From Octopus vulgaris (lineage: Eukaryota): 64,000 bases of DNA. Shown piece by piece: positions 27,100 to 42,819 of the stretch. The stretch covers positions 46,376,001-46,440,000 of the forward strand of contig OX597820.1 of assembly GCA_951406725.2 (NCBI GenBank), given 5' to 3'. The translations under genes and the position numbers were made by a program. The notes under the pieces were generated by a model, which saw only the letters and a list, made by a program, of their open reading frames with translations, searched no databases and was not told the DNA's origin. How positions within the stretch are numbered: position 1 is the stretch's first letter; the number at the start of each line of letters is the position of its first letter.

Positions 27100-28524
27100 C
27101 AAGCCGAGACCAACAGACTTACTACATATATGTTTATAAGTATGTATGTGACAATTACATCGTAGAAGAATCATTCGAGTCATATAAGAACACGAGTAAT
27201 TTACATTCACTTTCGTTGAGTTCGTTATAGTATTTTTCTATTATGAATCATCAAAGACACAAGGAACGATAGATACGTCGGATTTTTGAGACGTGGTCTC
27301 AGTGACATAAGTAGAAATGCGGTAAAATTGTTTCAATAACGTGGTTGATGAAACCGTTTAAGACTTCAGAAATGGTGATATTTTTAATACAAAATGATAG
27401 TAAACCTAACATAAACTATGGCTAAAATACTTTTTACGCGGTATAACTGTCTCAAGTCACAATCTCAGATCAAGGCATTCACCAAATCAGTAGAAATCCG
27501 AAATATGTAGATCGGCTTGGTCGTGTGGGCGTCGGGCAAAATGCCTTGAGGCATATGCTCTGGCTCTTTACGTCGTAAGTTCAATTCACGTCGAAGTCAT
27601 TTTTGCCTTTGATCCTTCTGGAATCGATAAAATGAAGTCCGAAGCCTAAGTTGTGGATTGGCGAGATTGTAAAAATATTGTATAAAATACCTTGCAATAT
27701 TTGTTCCGCTCTTTATGTTCTGAGTTCACTTGCGCTAACACAGGCGCCAGATTGTATCAACCTTTGATGCTACCTGAGATATCACAAGCTGCAATGAAGA
27801 AAGCCGACATGGTATATTGGCCATAGTTGCTCTTCCACAATCAGTAGGTTTGTACTCTGTTGTACGACTCTTGGTGGAGTCCAGAGCGTGTAATGTTAAA
27901 ATTCAGAGCCATATACTCGTTGGTTAATATAACGTGTATGTATACACTTCCAGCTATCTCTGATAGGAATGAAAACTTTACATTACAATCAGAGTTATTC
28001 GCATTCATTTAACATAACTTAGGTAAGCATTGCATCCATTTTGGCACTATATTCATGCAGGAAACGCTTATACATACATCATATATACATACATACGTAC
28101 GTACATACATACATACATACATACATACATACATACATACATACATACATACATGTGTGTGTACGTGTACGTACGTATGTATGTATGTATGTATACAGAA
28201 AGAGAGGAAGGAGAGGGTATGGGTTGTTCTTTGTTTCTATTTAGTGTTCTACGTACAGTTTTGTATTATAAAAATATATACAAATATACATTGGTCTGTA
28301 TTATGACCATTGCTCTGTATTAAGACATATGTCTAGGTTAAGAAAAATTGCTCAAAATGGTGGTGAGGTTTTCAAGTGTATTCATACCTGTTAATCAGGT
28401 TTAATAGTTGAGTCAATCCCCGAATTCCACTTTACTTCCGTTTTCTTTCCGTTGTACGTTGTCTAGCATTTTTTTTTCTTCTCTTTATGAATGCATATTA
28501 TTCTATATATATGTTTATGCCTCC

Positions 28525-28556
<32 letters not shown>

Positions 28557-28972
28557 GTATGTATATATGAATGTATGTATGAATGTATGTATGCATGTAT
28601 GTATGTATGCATGTAAACACACATTGACACATTAAGTACGTGCAAAGACGTATGCAGTTGACTATGTATGACACTAGGTATTTTCACGTTGATTTCTCTC
28701 TCTTTCCTTGACTCTTTCTCAATCTCTCTTTCTTTCTTTCTTCTTTCCTTCCTTCCCTTCTGTCTTTCTTTCGTTCTGCTTTTCTCTCTCTTTAAACTTT
28801 ACATGCTTTTCTTTTCTTTCTTACTCTCGCCATCAATGTATCCATTTATCAAGCTGGCCGACAGACTTTCTACGTATAAACATACAAACACCCTTCTCGC
28901 ATGCACAGAAGCACAGACGCATACACACACACATATACATATACGTGCATGTAAGCACGTATAGATAGATAA

Positions 28973-29013
<41 letters not shown>

Positions 29014-29137
29014 AGAAAGATGGACAGATAGATGGCCAGAGATATAGATGAACAGACAAATAGATAGATAGACGGACATACAGACAGATAGACAGATAGA
29101 CAGATTGAGAGATATTTAGACAGACAGACAGACAGTC

Positions 29138-29252
<115 letters not shown>

Positions 29253-29310
29253 CAGATAGATAGACAGACATATAGACAGACAGACGGACAGATAACCACA
29301 CAGATAGATT

Positions 29311-29372
<62 letters not shown>

Positions 29373-29418
29373 CAGACATATAGACAGACAGACGGACAGA
29401 TAACCACACAGATAGATT

Positions 29419-29502
<84 letters not shown>

Positions 29503-29677
29503 AACAGACAGATAGACAGATAGATAGACAGATAGATTCAAACGTGTCTTAAGCAAAGGCGTGTATGAATATATCCCTGTGCTCCTGGCACTTTCTCTCC
29601 CCGTCCCAATACATATACGTCTGTGCGAATCTGTATTTCAAATGCATCGTTATTTATTATCCCAGTGTAAGTAGTAT

Positions 29678-29716
<39 letters not shown>

Positions 29717-29908
29717 TACGCATATATATGTATATGTATATAAGTAAAAGGATGTATGCATATATGCATGTGTGTGTGTGTGTGTGTGTGTATATTTGAT
29801 GCTATATATAGTTTCAAACTAATTTGGTGAGGTTTCAGATTCAACGAGCAATGATGCAAGAAACTTAACTACTTATGTCAGTTGCTGTCTGTTTGTTAGT
29901 CAGCAGCT

Positions 29909-30320
29909 ATGGTGGTAGTGGTGGTGGTGGTGGTGGTGGTGGTTGTGGTGGTGGTGGTTGTGGTGGTGGTGATGGTGGTGGTGGTGGTGGTGGTGGCGCT
30001 AGCTTTTAAGGATGTTGCTAGGTGTGGTGAAGATGGTGGTTGTGTTTTATTTTTATTTTGTTTTTTTCTTTTACCTTGCGATGTAGTAGCATTGTCGTGG
30101 TGGCGGTGATAGTTTTTGTGTGGTGGTGGTGGTGGTGGTGGTAGTGGCGTTGGTAATGGTGGTGGTGGTGGTGGTGGAGGTGGTGGTGGTGGAGGTGGTG
30201 GCGACGGTGGCCGTTGTGGTGTTGGTGGTCGTTGTGGTGCCGGTGGTGTTGCCGGTGGCTGTGGTGGCGGTGGCGGCAGCGGCAGTGGTGGTGGCTGTGG
30301 TGGCGGAGGCGGCGGGGTTG
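29909..30320 (+). repeat. (GGT)n/(GGC)n cryptic trinucleotide repeat
   Basis: Directly visible. Duplicate at 38788-39190. Confidence 0.9.
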
Positions 30321-30708
30321 GAATTGGGAGTCCTGTCCCTCTTTTCTGACTAACGAATAAAAAATGTGAAGAAGTGAATCTCAAAAAACGTATTTCTGGA
30401 ACTGATATGAGCATGCATGCTTCTTCATTTTAAAATTCGTTTTCTAACGAACTAACTGTTTTTTTTAGCTCATTTACTCTTTTTGCTCTTTTACTTGTTT
30501 TGGTCATTTGACTGTGGCCATGCTGGAGTACCGCTTTTAATCGAACAAATCATCGACCCCAGGACTTATTTTTTGCAAGCCAAATACTTATTCTATCGAT
30601 ATCTTTTGCCGAACTGCTAAGTTACGGGGACGTAAACACACCAGCATTAGATTCCTTGGAAGAAAGCTTGACGAACGTATACAAAACAAGGACGGATAAA
30701 ACGGACAA

Positions 30709-30808
30709 NNNNNNNNNNNNNNNNNNNNNNNNNNNNNNNNNNNNNNNNNNNNNNNNNNNNNNNNNNNNNNNNNNNNNNNNNNNNNNNNNNNNNNNNNNNN
30801 NNNNNNNN
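30709..30808. other. Assembly gap (100 N)
   Basis: Run of exactly 100 N, typical of a scaffold join of unknown size. Confidence 0.99.
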
Positions 30809-30946
30809 AGTTTACGTCTACCAAATCCACTCACAGGGCTATAGTAGAAAACTGAACCCGGAACTCACAAGGTTTTAGAAGTGGGACTGAACCGGGAACC
30901 ATGTGGTTGGGAAGTAAGCTTCTTACCACACAGCCACTCCTGCGCC

Positions 30947-30988
<42 letters not shown>

Positions 30989-31072
30989 GAAAAACTTAAG
31001 CCAATACATAATATTATTTAATTTATATTATTTAAAAATATAACAAAATTATTAAAAAATATAATTAATATT

Positions 31073-31138
31073 ACACTACGATCGTTTCATGCCTGCTAAC
31101 TTCTTCAAATTTTTGAGTCGCAGTCATTCATCAGGTGG
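31073..31138 (-). ncRNA. Minimal hammerhead ribozyme motif (duplicate of 21763-21828)
   Basis: Identical sequence at +9310 offset. Confidence 0.72.
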
Positions 31139-31192
31139 TTTAAATATTTATCTTGGCGAGGTTTTTCCCTGTAAGTTTGGATTTATTCCCTA

Positions 31193-31272
<80 letters not shown>

Positions 31273-32196
31273 TATTTACAGATATATATATATAGATATG
31301 TATGTCTGTGTGTAAGTGTGTGCGCGTGTTTCGTTTTATTGCTGTTGGGACTCAGTGAGAGTGATGGCGTTCTTGGGTATCGGGCTTCGTAGATGTTTAT
31401 GTTCAGACTTGGAGCGATATTATTTCTAAAAAGATGCTGTAATAATTTTCTTATTCGTTATGGAATACTGTAGATGTGTCTGAATCGAGTCGGAAGACAA
31501 GTGCTTTCAGGATTGGGTTGTAATAATATTCTAGATTGTTCTGGACCATTGTAAGTGTGTTTGGATTGTGTAGTCAGGCTGATGTTCTTAGGAGTGCATT
31601 GCAGTGGTGTTTCGGATGTTCTGGAGTGCTGGTGAGCCGGCTAGTGAACTTGAAATGATACTGCAGTAGAGTTCTGGATTATTCTAGAGTATTATAGATG
31701 TCTTGATTGAGCAGTACACCCCGTGTTCTTTGGATTGTATTGTTCTGGGTGTTCTGAAGTGTAGGAAATATGTCTGGATTGAATAAATGGGATAGTTACT
31801 TAGAATGATACTTTAATACTGTTCTGGATAGTTCTTGAGTAATTGCAAATACAGGGTAGGCCAAAAGTCACGAAAAAATAAGCTCAATACACTATGGAAT
31901 TGTCAAAAGACATGCTTCAATTTTTCTAACTTTTGAATAAAATAAATATAATAATGATGAATACACACATAATTGTACAAATTGGACAAAATGAATAATA
32001 ATACTTTCTGTTATAGGCCAGAAGATTTGTGGGAGGGAACTAGTCGATTACACCGACCCCGGGATTTTATTGATACTTAATTTATCGACCCCGAAAGATG
32101 AACTCGGCGGAATTTGAACTCAGAACTTAGCAACGGTTGAAATACTGCTAAGCTTTTCGTCCAGCGTGCTAACGACTCTGCCAGCCAGCTGTCTTT

Positions 32197-32284
<88 letters not shown>

Positions 32285-33055
32285 TGATGATGATGATGAT
32301 AATGTAATATAATACCAACTGTTTAGATGCGTGGCTTTTGGCCCACCCTGTAGAGCTGTATTCATTGAATTGAATTGCTAATATTTTTAGGATCGAGGCG
32401 AAGATTGTTCTAGATTCTTGTGGACTGTTTTAGACGTGCTCTAGTTGTGCAGAAAAAAAAGATGTTCCTATGATGGTGTAGTAGTGTTATGAATTGTTAT
32501 AAATATGCCTGAAATGAGTGACTGCTTTTTTGGAGTGTTGTCGTAATGCTTACAGTTGTAAATGAGTGTGATGCACTGGCAGGTACTGTGTTCTTTGGAT
32601 GACGTAGATGTAGGATTCTGAGATATTCTATATGCGTTTTTGCTTCTTCACTAGGGTGGGGTGTCTTGTTCATGGGATGGTGTTAACAGAGCTTAACTAT
32701 GCTGTTTATTATTGGCAACAGAAATACATTTTGCGGAGATGCTTTTCAGGATTGCTTTTAACTATTTATACGTTGAGAACATTGTGTAAAGTTAGACTCT
32801 GTTTTTAAGGATTCTTTTGATCATCCAAAACTATTAAAGCTAAAGGCCTATATTTAGAAGATGCTACTAAATATACTGCTATACTATTTCAGTCTATTTA
32901 ACGTTGTTTTGGGGGGGGGGTTTCTTGTTTGTTTTTTTGCTGTTTATAATACCTTGCAGTTATTTTTGTTATTTTTAAACAAATGAAAATTAGCAAACAA
33001 TATATAAGTTTAGATTGTATAGGCGCATATACATATTACTGTATATAAATGAACA

Positions 33056-33118
<63 letters not shown>

Positions 33119-33119
33119 T

Positions 33120-33204
<85 letters not shown>

Positions 33205-33288
33205 TGGTAGGTAGGTAGGTAGGTAGGTAGGTAGGTAGGTAGGTAGGTAGGTAGGTAGGTAGAAAGACAGACAGACAGACAGCCAGAC

Positions 33289-33361
<73 letters not shown>

Positions 33362-34573
33362 TACATACATATACATACACTAACTTACACACATATATGT
33401 ACAATTTATACGTGTGCACGCGCATGTCTATGTGTCTGTAGGTTTGTATATATTTGTGTATACAAACACATACACACACATGCACATACACACTAGTTAT
33501 ATATTGCTAACGTTTAGCCCCAGGTTCGCCTGTATATGCGTATAATTATGATCAAAGGTGTGTCAGTCGTATTGTCTGGATTTTGTTTAAAGTATAATGC
33601 TTCCATGATTACATTATTCTCTGTTTATAAAGCAGATTAAGTCTGCAAAGAAATTTGGCTGCTATTTCTAGCAAATCAAGCCACTAAAATATAATGTATA
33701 CGATGTACTTTTGTGATCAAATTTCTGGACAACTTATTCGTACAATTGTTTTTTGTTGGCCTCGTGCTGCTTCTTACTGAATAATTATTTTTGAAATCAT
33801 CTGCAAATGATATTTTCTTATTCCCTAACTCGTGTTAGTTTTGTATTGATATTTTGTTTCCATTAAAATAGATCATTAGAAAACCAAAACAAAAAAGTAA
33901 TAAACATCGGTTATATGTGAGAAATATACATATTTTGTTACTTCATACTCAATTGCTGATCTGTATTGAGACAAGATTACGCCGTTTTGGTGGGCGCTTA
34001 ACAGCATTCAGACAAGATCAGCCATTTTGTTTTTCTCTTTTGGCACCTGATAAGCAATGAGACACGATGACATATATTTTGGCAACAAATCAACACTAAA
34101 GTACGATCATACCACTTTCAGCAGCCCAGCGTCATTGAAACACAATTATGTTCTTGCATCGGTTCTGCTAACCGATCAAACATTGACTACCTGGATATAT
34201 ACTTATCGTTTGTCATCATGAACCACCAATCTGCCTCAGATTACGAAAAACTGGATAAAGTCTAAGCAAATAATAAAAAAATACGACATTCAGCAAACAG
34301 CCAGAAGACAGGAGGCTGTGAGGAGATACAGCAAAATCTGGCGTAAGGAATGTTTGGTAACGCATTGAAGAATATGATACTTTGAAAACCGTACGAGAAC
34401 AGGAAGAAAATAAACAATAATCCAGCAGAATATTTGAAGTAGGGTTAGATTGATCTTAACCTAACATCAGGAGCTATCAAAGAAAATACAGAAAATATTA
34501 ACACCTTGTTGACTTAGTTTATGCAACAGAATTGCAAAGTACAACCACTTTGGTTGAAGACAAGCGTAAAAAT

Positions 34574-34619
<46 letters not shown>

Positions 34620-34683
34620 TCCCGGGTTGATACGGGGTTAACCACAGTAAGTAAGGTACTCAATACATAGCAGAGTAACAACA

Positions 34684-34719
<36 letters not shown>

Positions 34720-35530
34720 TGTTGTTACACATTGCTGGTCACAATGCACTTTGCATCGCTTTAGCTTTCAAATGACGCCACCTCGCTGGTTAGGAGACTA
34801 AACCAACATAACTCCCTGATCGAAAGGTGAACTAGAGCAACGTGAAATAGAGTCTTTTGCTCAAGAACACAACGCGCCGCCCGGTCTGGGAGTAGAACCC
34901 ACGATCTAGCGATCGTGAGTACAACAGTGTAACCACTAGTTCACGCGCAGTTCACACACACACGCATACACACACACTCACACATATATAAAATATATAT
35001 GCATGTGAGTATGGACGTATGTGTGTGTGTGTCGGTGTGTGTCGGTGTGCACGAGCACGTGTAGATGTGTCTTAAGGCAAATTAAGCAGTCTTTGTAATT
35101 GTATGTTACTGATATATGTTATCTGATACGAGGATTGTACATTGAATGCTGTGTCATATGTAATTGTATCTGTTACTGATATATGTCATATGATACGAGG
35201 ATTGTACATATGAATGCTGTGTCATATTCAGCAATAGATTGAAACCAGTGCGATGATTTGACATCTGTTTCAGCCAACTGGGTGAATCGAAGTATTTTAA
35301 AATAACCTGTACCTCAAAATGTGCCGATACTCTGCAGCGTACTGTCTCGACAATTTTTACATATAGGCGTAAGAGTGGCTGTGTGGTAAGTAGCTTGCTT
35401 ACCAGCCACATGGTTCAGGGTTCAGTCCCAATGCGAGCCAACTTGGGCAAGTGTCTTCTACTATAGCCTTGGGCCGACCAAAGCCTTGTGAGTGGATTTG
35501 GTAGACAGAAACTGAAAGAAGCCCTTCGTA

Positions 35531-35585
<55 letters not shown>

Positions 35586-35919
35586 ATGCATGTATGTATG
35601 TATGTATATGCATGTATGTATGTATGTTTGTGTGTGCATATGTTGGTGTATCTGCGTTTGCCCCCCTCCCCCAACATCGCTTGACAACCGATGCTGGTGT
35701 GTTTACGTCCCCGTAACTTAGCGGTTCGGCAAAAGAGACCGATAGAATAAGTACTAGGCTTACAAAGAATAAGTCCTGCGGTCGATTTGCTCGACTAAAG
35801 ACGGTGCTTCAGCATGGCTACAGTCAAATGACTGAAACAAGTAAAAGAGAGTAAAGAGAAAGATATAGCAACATACATACTCACGCACGGAATCGCGCGC
35901 GCACACACACGCATACACA

Positions 35920-35953
<34 letters not shown>

Positions 35954-37384
35954 CAAGCCGAGACCAACAGACTTACTACATATATGTTTATAAGTATGTA
36001 TGTGACAATTACATCGTAGAAGAATCATTCGAGTCATATAAGAACACGAGTAATTTACATTCACTTTCGTTGAGTTCGTTATAGTATTTTTCTATTATGA
36101 ATCATCAAAGACACAAGGAACGATAGATACGTCGGATTTTTGAGACGTGGTCTCAGTGACATAAGTAGAAATGCGGTAAAATTGTTTCAAGTAACTAACG
36201 TGGTTGATGAAACCGTTTAAGACTTCAGAAATGGTGATATTTTTAATACAAAATGATAGTAAACCTAACATAAACTATGGCTAAAATATTTTTTACGCGG
36301 TATAACTGTCTCAAGTCACAATCTCAGATCAAGGCATTCACCAAATCAGTAGAAATCCGAAATATGTAGATCGGCTTGGTCGTGTGGGCGTCGGGCAAAA
36401 TGCCTTGAGGCATATGCTCTGGCTCTTTACGTCGTAAGTTCAATTCACGTCGAAGTCATTTTTGCCTTTGATCCTTCTGGAATCGATAAAATGAAGTCCG
36501 AAGCCTAAGTTGTGGATTGGCGAGATTGTAAAAATATTGTATAAAATACCTTGCAATATTTGTTCCGCTCTTTATGTTCTGAGTTCACTTGCGCTAACAC
36601 AGGCGCCAGATTGTATCAACCTTTGATGCTACCTGAGATATCACAAGCTGCAATGAAGAAAACCGACATGGTATATTGGCCATAGTTGCTCTTCCACAAT
36701 CAGTAGGTTTGTACTCTGTTGTACGACTCTTGGTGGAGTCCAGAGCGTGTAATGTTAAAATTCAGAGCCATATACTCGTTGGTTAATATAACGTGTATGT
36801 ATACACTTCCAGCTATCTCTGATAGGAATGAAAACTTTACATTACAATCAGAGTTATTCGCATTCATTTAACATAACTTAGGTAAGCATTGCATCCATTT
36901 TGGCACTATATTCATGCAGGAAACGCTTATACATACATCATATATACATACATACGTACGTACATACATACATACATACATACATACATACATACATACA
37001 TACATACATACATACATGTGTGTGTACGTGTACGTACGTATGTATGTATGTATGTATACAGAAAGAGAGGAAGGAGAGGGTATGGGTTGTTCTTTGTTTC
37101 TATTTAGTGTTCTACGTACAGTTTTGTATTATAAAAATATATACAAATATACATTGGTCTGTATTATGACCATTGCTCTGTATTAAGACATATGTCTAGG
37201 TTAAGAAAAATTGCTCAAAATGGTGGTGAGGTTTTCAAGTGTATTCATACCTGTTAATCAGGTTTAATAGTTGAGTCAATCCCCGAATTCCACTTTACTT
37301 CCGTTTTCTTTCCGTTGTACGTTGTCTAGCATTTTTTTTTCTTCTCTTTATGAATGCATATTATTCTATATATATGTTTATGCC

Positions 37385-37421
<37 letters not shown>

Positions 37422-37998
37422 GTATGTATATATGAATGTATGTATGAATGTATGTATGCATGTATGTATGTATGCATGTAAACACACATTGACACATTAA
37501 GTACGTGCAAAGACGTATGCAGTTGACTATGTATGACACTAGGTATTTTCACGTTGATTTCTCTCTCTTTCCTTGACTCTTTCTCAATCTCTCTTTCTTT
37601 CTTTCTTCTTTCCTTCCTTCCCTTCTGTCTTTCTTTCGTTCTGCTTTTCTCTCTCTTTAAACTTTACATGCTTTTCTTTTCTTTCTTACTCTCGCCATCA
37701 ATGTATCCATTTATCAAGCTGGCCGACAGACTTTCTACGTATAAACATACAAACACCCTTCTCGCATGCACAGAAGCACAGACGCATACACACACACATA
37801 TACATATACGTGCATGTAAGCACGTATAGATAGATAAATAGATAGAGAGAGAGAGAGAGAGAAAGAGAGAGTAGAAAGATGGACAGATAGATGGCCAGAG
37901 ATATAGATGAACAGACAAATAGATAGATAGACGGACATACAGACAGATAGACAGATAGACAGATAGACAGATTGAGAGATATTTAGACAGACAGACAC

Positions 37999-38109
<111 letters not shown>

Positions 38110-38167
38110 CAGATAGATAGACAGACATATAGACAGACAGACGGACAGATAACCACACAGATAGATT

Positions 38168-38237
<70 letters not shown>

Positions 38238-38295
38238 CAGATAGATAGACAGACATATAGACAGACAGACGGACAGATAACCACACAGATAGATT

Positions 38296-38379
<84 letters not shown>

Positions 38380-38554
38380 AACAGACAGATAGACAGATAG
38401 ATAGACAGATAGATTCAAACGTGTCTTAAGCAAAGGCGTGTATGAATATATCCCTGTGCTCCTGGCACTTTCTCTCCCCGTCCCAATACATATACGTCTG
38501 TGCGAATCTGTATTTCAAATGCATCGTTATTTATTATCCCAGTGTAAGTAGTAT

Positions 38555-38595
<41 letters not shown>

Positions 38596-39339
38596 TACGC
38601 ATATATATGTATATGTATATAAGTAAAAGGATGTATGCATATATGCATGTGTGTGTGTGTGTGTGTGTGTGTATTTGATGCTATATATAGTTTCAAACTA
38701 ATTTGGTGAGGTTTCAGATTCAACGAGCAATGATGCAAGAAACTTAACTACTTATGTCAGTTGCTGTCTGTTTGTTAGTCAGCAGCTATGGTGGTAGTGG
38801 TGGTGGTGGTGGTGGTGGTGGTTGTGGTGGTGGTGGTTGTGGTGGTGGTGATGGTGGTGGTGGTGGTGGTGGTGGCGCTAGCTTTTAAGGATGTTGCTAG
38901 GTGTGGTGAAGATGGTGGTTGTGTTTTATTTTATTTTGTTTTTTTCTTTTACCTTGCGATGTAGTAGCATTGTCGTGGTGGCGGTGATAGTTTTTTGTGG
39001 TGGTGGTGGTAGTGGCGTTGGTAATGGTGGTGGTGGTGGTGGTGGAGGTGGTGGTGGTGGAGGTGGTGGCGACGGTGGCCGTTGTGGTGTTGGTGGTCGT
39101 TGTGGTGCCGGTGGTGTTGCCGGTGGCTGTGGTGGCGGTGGCGGCAGCGGCAGTGGTGGTGGCTGTGGTGGCGGAGGCGGCGGGGTTGGAATTGGGAGTC
39201 CTGTCCCTCTTTTCTGACTAACGAATAAAAAATGTGAAGAAGTGAATCTCAAAAAACGTATTTCTGGAACTGATATGAGCATGCATGCTTCTTCATTTTA
39301 AAATTCGTTTTCTAACGAACTAACTGTTTTTTTTAGCTC

Positions 39340-39860
39340 ATTTACTCTTTTACTCTTTTACTTGTTTTGGTCATTTGACTGTGGCCATGCTGGAGTACCG
39401 CTTTTAATCGAACAAATCATCGACCCCAGGACTTATTTTTTGCAAGCCAAATACTTATTCTATCGATATCTTTTGCCGAACTGCTAAGTTACGGGGACGT
39501 AAACACACCAGCATTAGATTCCTTGGAAGAAAGCAGCGAACGTATACAAAACAAGGACGGATAAAACGGACAAAGTCACACAAATATAAATACAATAATA
39601 AATACAAAAAAAGTAATAAGAGGACATAACAATAGGTGTCTTTCGACCAAGGACGAATTGAACATATGTATGTGTGCGTGTGCGCGCGCGCGCGTGTGAC
39701 AGGCTTCTTTCAGTTTCCGTATACCAAATTCACTCACAAGACTTAGATCAGACCGAGGCTATAGTAGACGATATTTGCCGAAGGTGCCACACAGTTGGTA
39801 TGAACCTAGGACCATGTGGTTGGGGAGTAAGCTTCTTACCACACAGTCACGCCAGCGCCT
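39340..39860 (-). mobile_element. SINE family 1 interrupted by a ~150-bp insert
   Basis: 3' half at 39340-39515 and 5' half at 39698-39860. Confidence 0.8.
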
Positions 39861-39917
39861 AAATTTTCACATAAAGAATTTTGCAAATCAGATACAAAAC
39901 CTAAGTATATTTTGTGC

Positions 39918-40385
39918 TTTATTCTTTTATTCTTTTACTTGTTTCAGTCATTTTGACTGCGGTCATGCTGGAGCACCGCCTTTTAGTCGAAGAAATCGAC
40001 CCCGTGACTTATTCTTTGTAAGCCTGGTACTTATTCTACCAGAACCTTTTACCGGACCACTAAGTTACGGGGATGTAAACACACCAATATCGGTTGTAAA
40101 ACGATAGTGGAGGGACCAACACAGACACAAACACACAAATATATACATATACATACATACATACATAGGTGACAATTTTGATTAATTTTATTTTGATTAA
40201 TTTACATACATACATATATATATAAATATATATACAACAGGCTTCTTTTAGTTTCCATCTACCAAATCCACTTACAAGTCTTTGGTCGGTCCGAGCTAAA
40301 GTAAAAGACACTTGCCCAAGGTGCCACGCTGTGGAACTGAACCCGGAACCATGTGGTTGAGAAGCAAGCTTCTTACCACACACCC
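39918..40385 (-). mobile_element. SINE family 1
   Basis: Matches family consensus. Confidence 0.88.
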
Positions 40386-40732
40386 ACAAGCAATTTATTG
40401 CAGATGAATTTTAGCAGTAAAATTTTCTATGGACCCCTCAAGGGCCTTATGTGCCCCGGTTGAGAACCACTGTGCTAGATGATCTTTTTCTCTCTTTTTA
40501 CCGAAAACCCCAAACGTTTGAATTTATTACTTTAAGTATTTACTTGTAGAACAAAGAATACCAGAAATTATGGATACAGATGTAACTCTAAATGTATAAT
40601 CTGGATAAAGAAGTTGTAGGTTTGGAAGAAGTTAGCCAGTTTTTATTGAAATGTTCACAAACATACGACTCCTAACTTTCATGTTTTCAATCCCGAACGA
40701 CTATTTCAGGAATGCTGTGTTTAAGTACGTGT

Positions 40733-41100
40733 CAGGCGTGGCTGTGTGGTAAGAAGCTTGCATCCCAACCACATGGACCCAGGTTCAGTCTCTCTGCGTG
40801 GCACCTGGGGCTACGAGCCTTGTGAGAGGATATGGTAGACGGAAACTGAAAGAAGCCCGTCGTATATGTAAGCGTGTGTATGTTTTTCTTTTGTATTTTC
40901 CCCTACATCACCACTTGACAACCAGTGTTGGTGTGTTTACGTCTCTGTAACTTAACGGTTCGGCAAAAATAACTGACAGAATAAGTACTAGGCTTTAAAA
41001 AAGTAAGTCCTGGGATCGATTTGTTCGACCAAAACCCTTCCAAGTGGTGCCCCAACATGGCCGCAAGTCAAATGACTGGAAGAAGTAAAGATAAAAGAAA
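40733..41100 (+). mobile_element. SINE family 1
   Basis: ggcgtggctgtgtggtaag head and ggtgccccaacatggccgc tail. Confidence 0.88.
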
Positions 41101-41271
41101 GATTTTCATGGGAAAGTTCTTCCAATGATAATTGAGTTGCAAGGTATAAATGTACCTGGGCTGCCGGGTAAATTCATGGCACTCCATCCATTATCTGAAA
41201 ATGGATAAAATATATTCAAATTTCAAAACTGATATACAGAAGTCGTAGAGGAAGAATAGAGCTGAAAATAT

Positions 41272-41701
41272 CCTTTTTTACTCTAGGCACAAGGCCCGAA
41301 TATTGGGTGGAGGGGGCTAGTCGATTAGATCGACCCGAGTGCGCAACTGGTACTTAATTTATCGACGCCGAAAGGATGAAAGGCAAAGTCACTCTCGGCG
41401 GAATTTGAAATCAGAACGTAGCGGCAGACGAAATACCGCTATGCATTTCGCTCGGCGTGCTAACGTTTCTTATTTCTTTATTGCCCACAAGGGGCTAAAC
41501 ATAGAGGGGACAAACAAGGACAGACAAACGGATTAAGTCAATTACATCAACCCCAGTGCGTAACTGGTACTTAATTTATAGACCCCGAAAGGATGAAAGG
41601 CAAAGTCGACCTCGGCGGAATTTGAACTCAGAACGTAGCGGCAGACGAAATATCACTAAGCATTTCGCCTGGCATGCTAACGTTTCTGCTAGCTCGCCGC
41701 C
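41272..41701 (-). mobile_element. Dimeric SINE family 2 with two different tails and a TSD
   Basis: TSD ataga(g/a)ctgaaaatat at about 41257 and 41702. Two tandem units. Confidence 0.9.
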
Positions 41702-41825
41702 ATAGAACTGAAAATATTAATGACTTGTAGGGACGCGATATTTTGTTATACAGTCATAATATACCATAAAGAATATTAAACGTTTTTATAAGTCAATACT
41801 ATGTTCTACTGTGTTAGCAGTGCTC

Positions 41826-41963
41826 TTAAGGTTATCTCTACAGGTATTCTATAGAAATTATAGCCAGTACTGATTTTTGTTACGACGTCACGGATACGAA
41901 CCGTTGTAGCAAAAATTAATGCTGGCTATAATATCTATAGAAACCCTGTTGAGATAGCCTTAA
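41826..41963. mobile_element. Palindromic MITE, TTAA|GG...CC|TTAA (Kolobok-like termini)
   Basis: ~62-bp imperfect arms ttaaggttatctctacagg...gttacgacg / cgttgtagc...cctgttgagatagccttaa. Confidence 0.75.
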
Positions 41964-42819
41964 CAAGAATTACAAAGATAAACACTAAACACTACGATAA
42001 AGATATTTTTCGCGTTGATTCAAATAACATTGAAAGGATTAAAATAAAAGAAAACACACACACGCATACATACACACAAACAAACATACACACATACACA
42101 TACATACACACAAACAAACATACACACATACACATACACACAAAACGAATTAATCTAAGAGCCCAATACTTAACAGAACTAGTTTTATATTTCCCAATAA
42201 CCTTTCCAGTAGATAATACTGACGTTTTGAGAAAATTGCTGACCGGAAGTGTCACACCCTTTTATTGATAAGTGACATAGTTGAACTTCATGTGGACGTG
42301 ATGTGTTGGTCTATTCCTAACTGGACAAACTCTCGCCGATGCAAAAGAAAAGAAACGATTTTCTCCATAATGAAACGCATTTGAATCTTATTGAACGTAG
42401 TGGATTAAAGATAAATTTTCTCCACTTATTTGTGTTACTTCATTTTACAAGGAAAACATTTTGGCATATTCCAACTGTAAACAACTTTCAAGACGAAAAA
42501 GAACATATTTTCCATCAAAATTCAACAATATACACACACGTATTTACAAACTTATACTGATGAAATATAAATATCGAAACGAGGCTGCAGATGATGGAAA
42601 GAGCCTTTTATATACATTAAAGTGTTGAGAACTTTTAATGGAGTCGTAATTTTCATCTTACACTTCACAGTACACATTACTTACATTCCCCCATAAGAGT
42701 GGATTAATATGAAACAACTATGCTACCGAAAGAGAAAGAAAGGGGTGCGTAATATCTTTCTCGCTCACATACTCATACACACACTCATATGAGACGTTAT
42801 TCACACCATATAGAAAGCA

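Noticed and set aside
29896-30414. Poly-Pro/Thr (minus) and poly-Gly/Val (plus) ORFs resembling formin, extensin or glycine-rich proteins
   Set aside because: (GGT)n repeat open in several frames; the two copies differ by frame-shifting indels.
42553-42590. ctgatga-aatataaatatc-gaaac hammerhead-like core
   Set aside because: No GUH cleavage triplet or stem I complement, and the stem II closing pair is mismatched.
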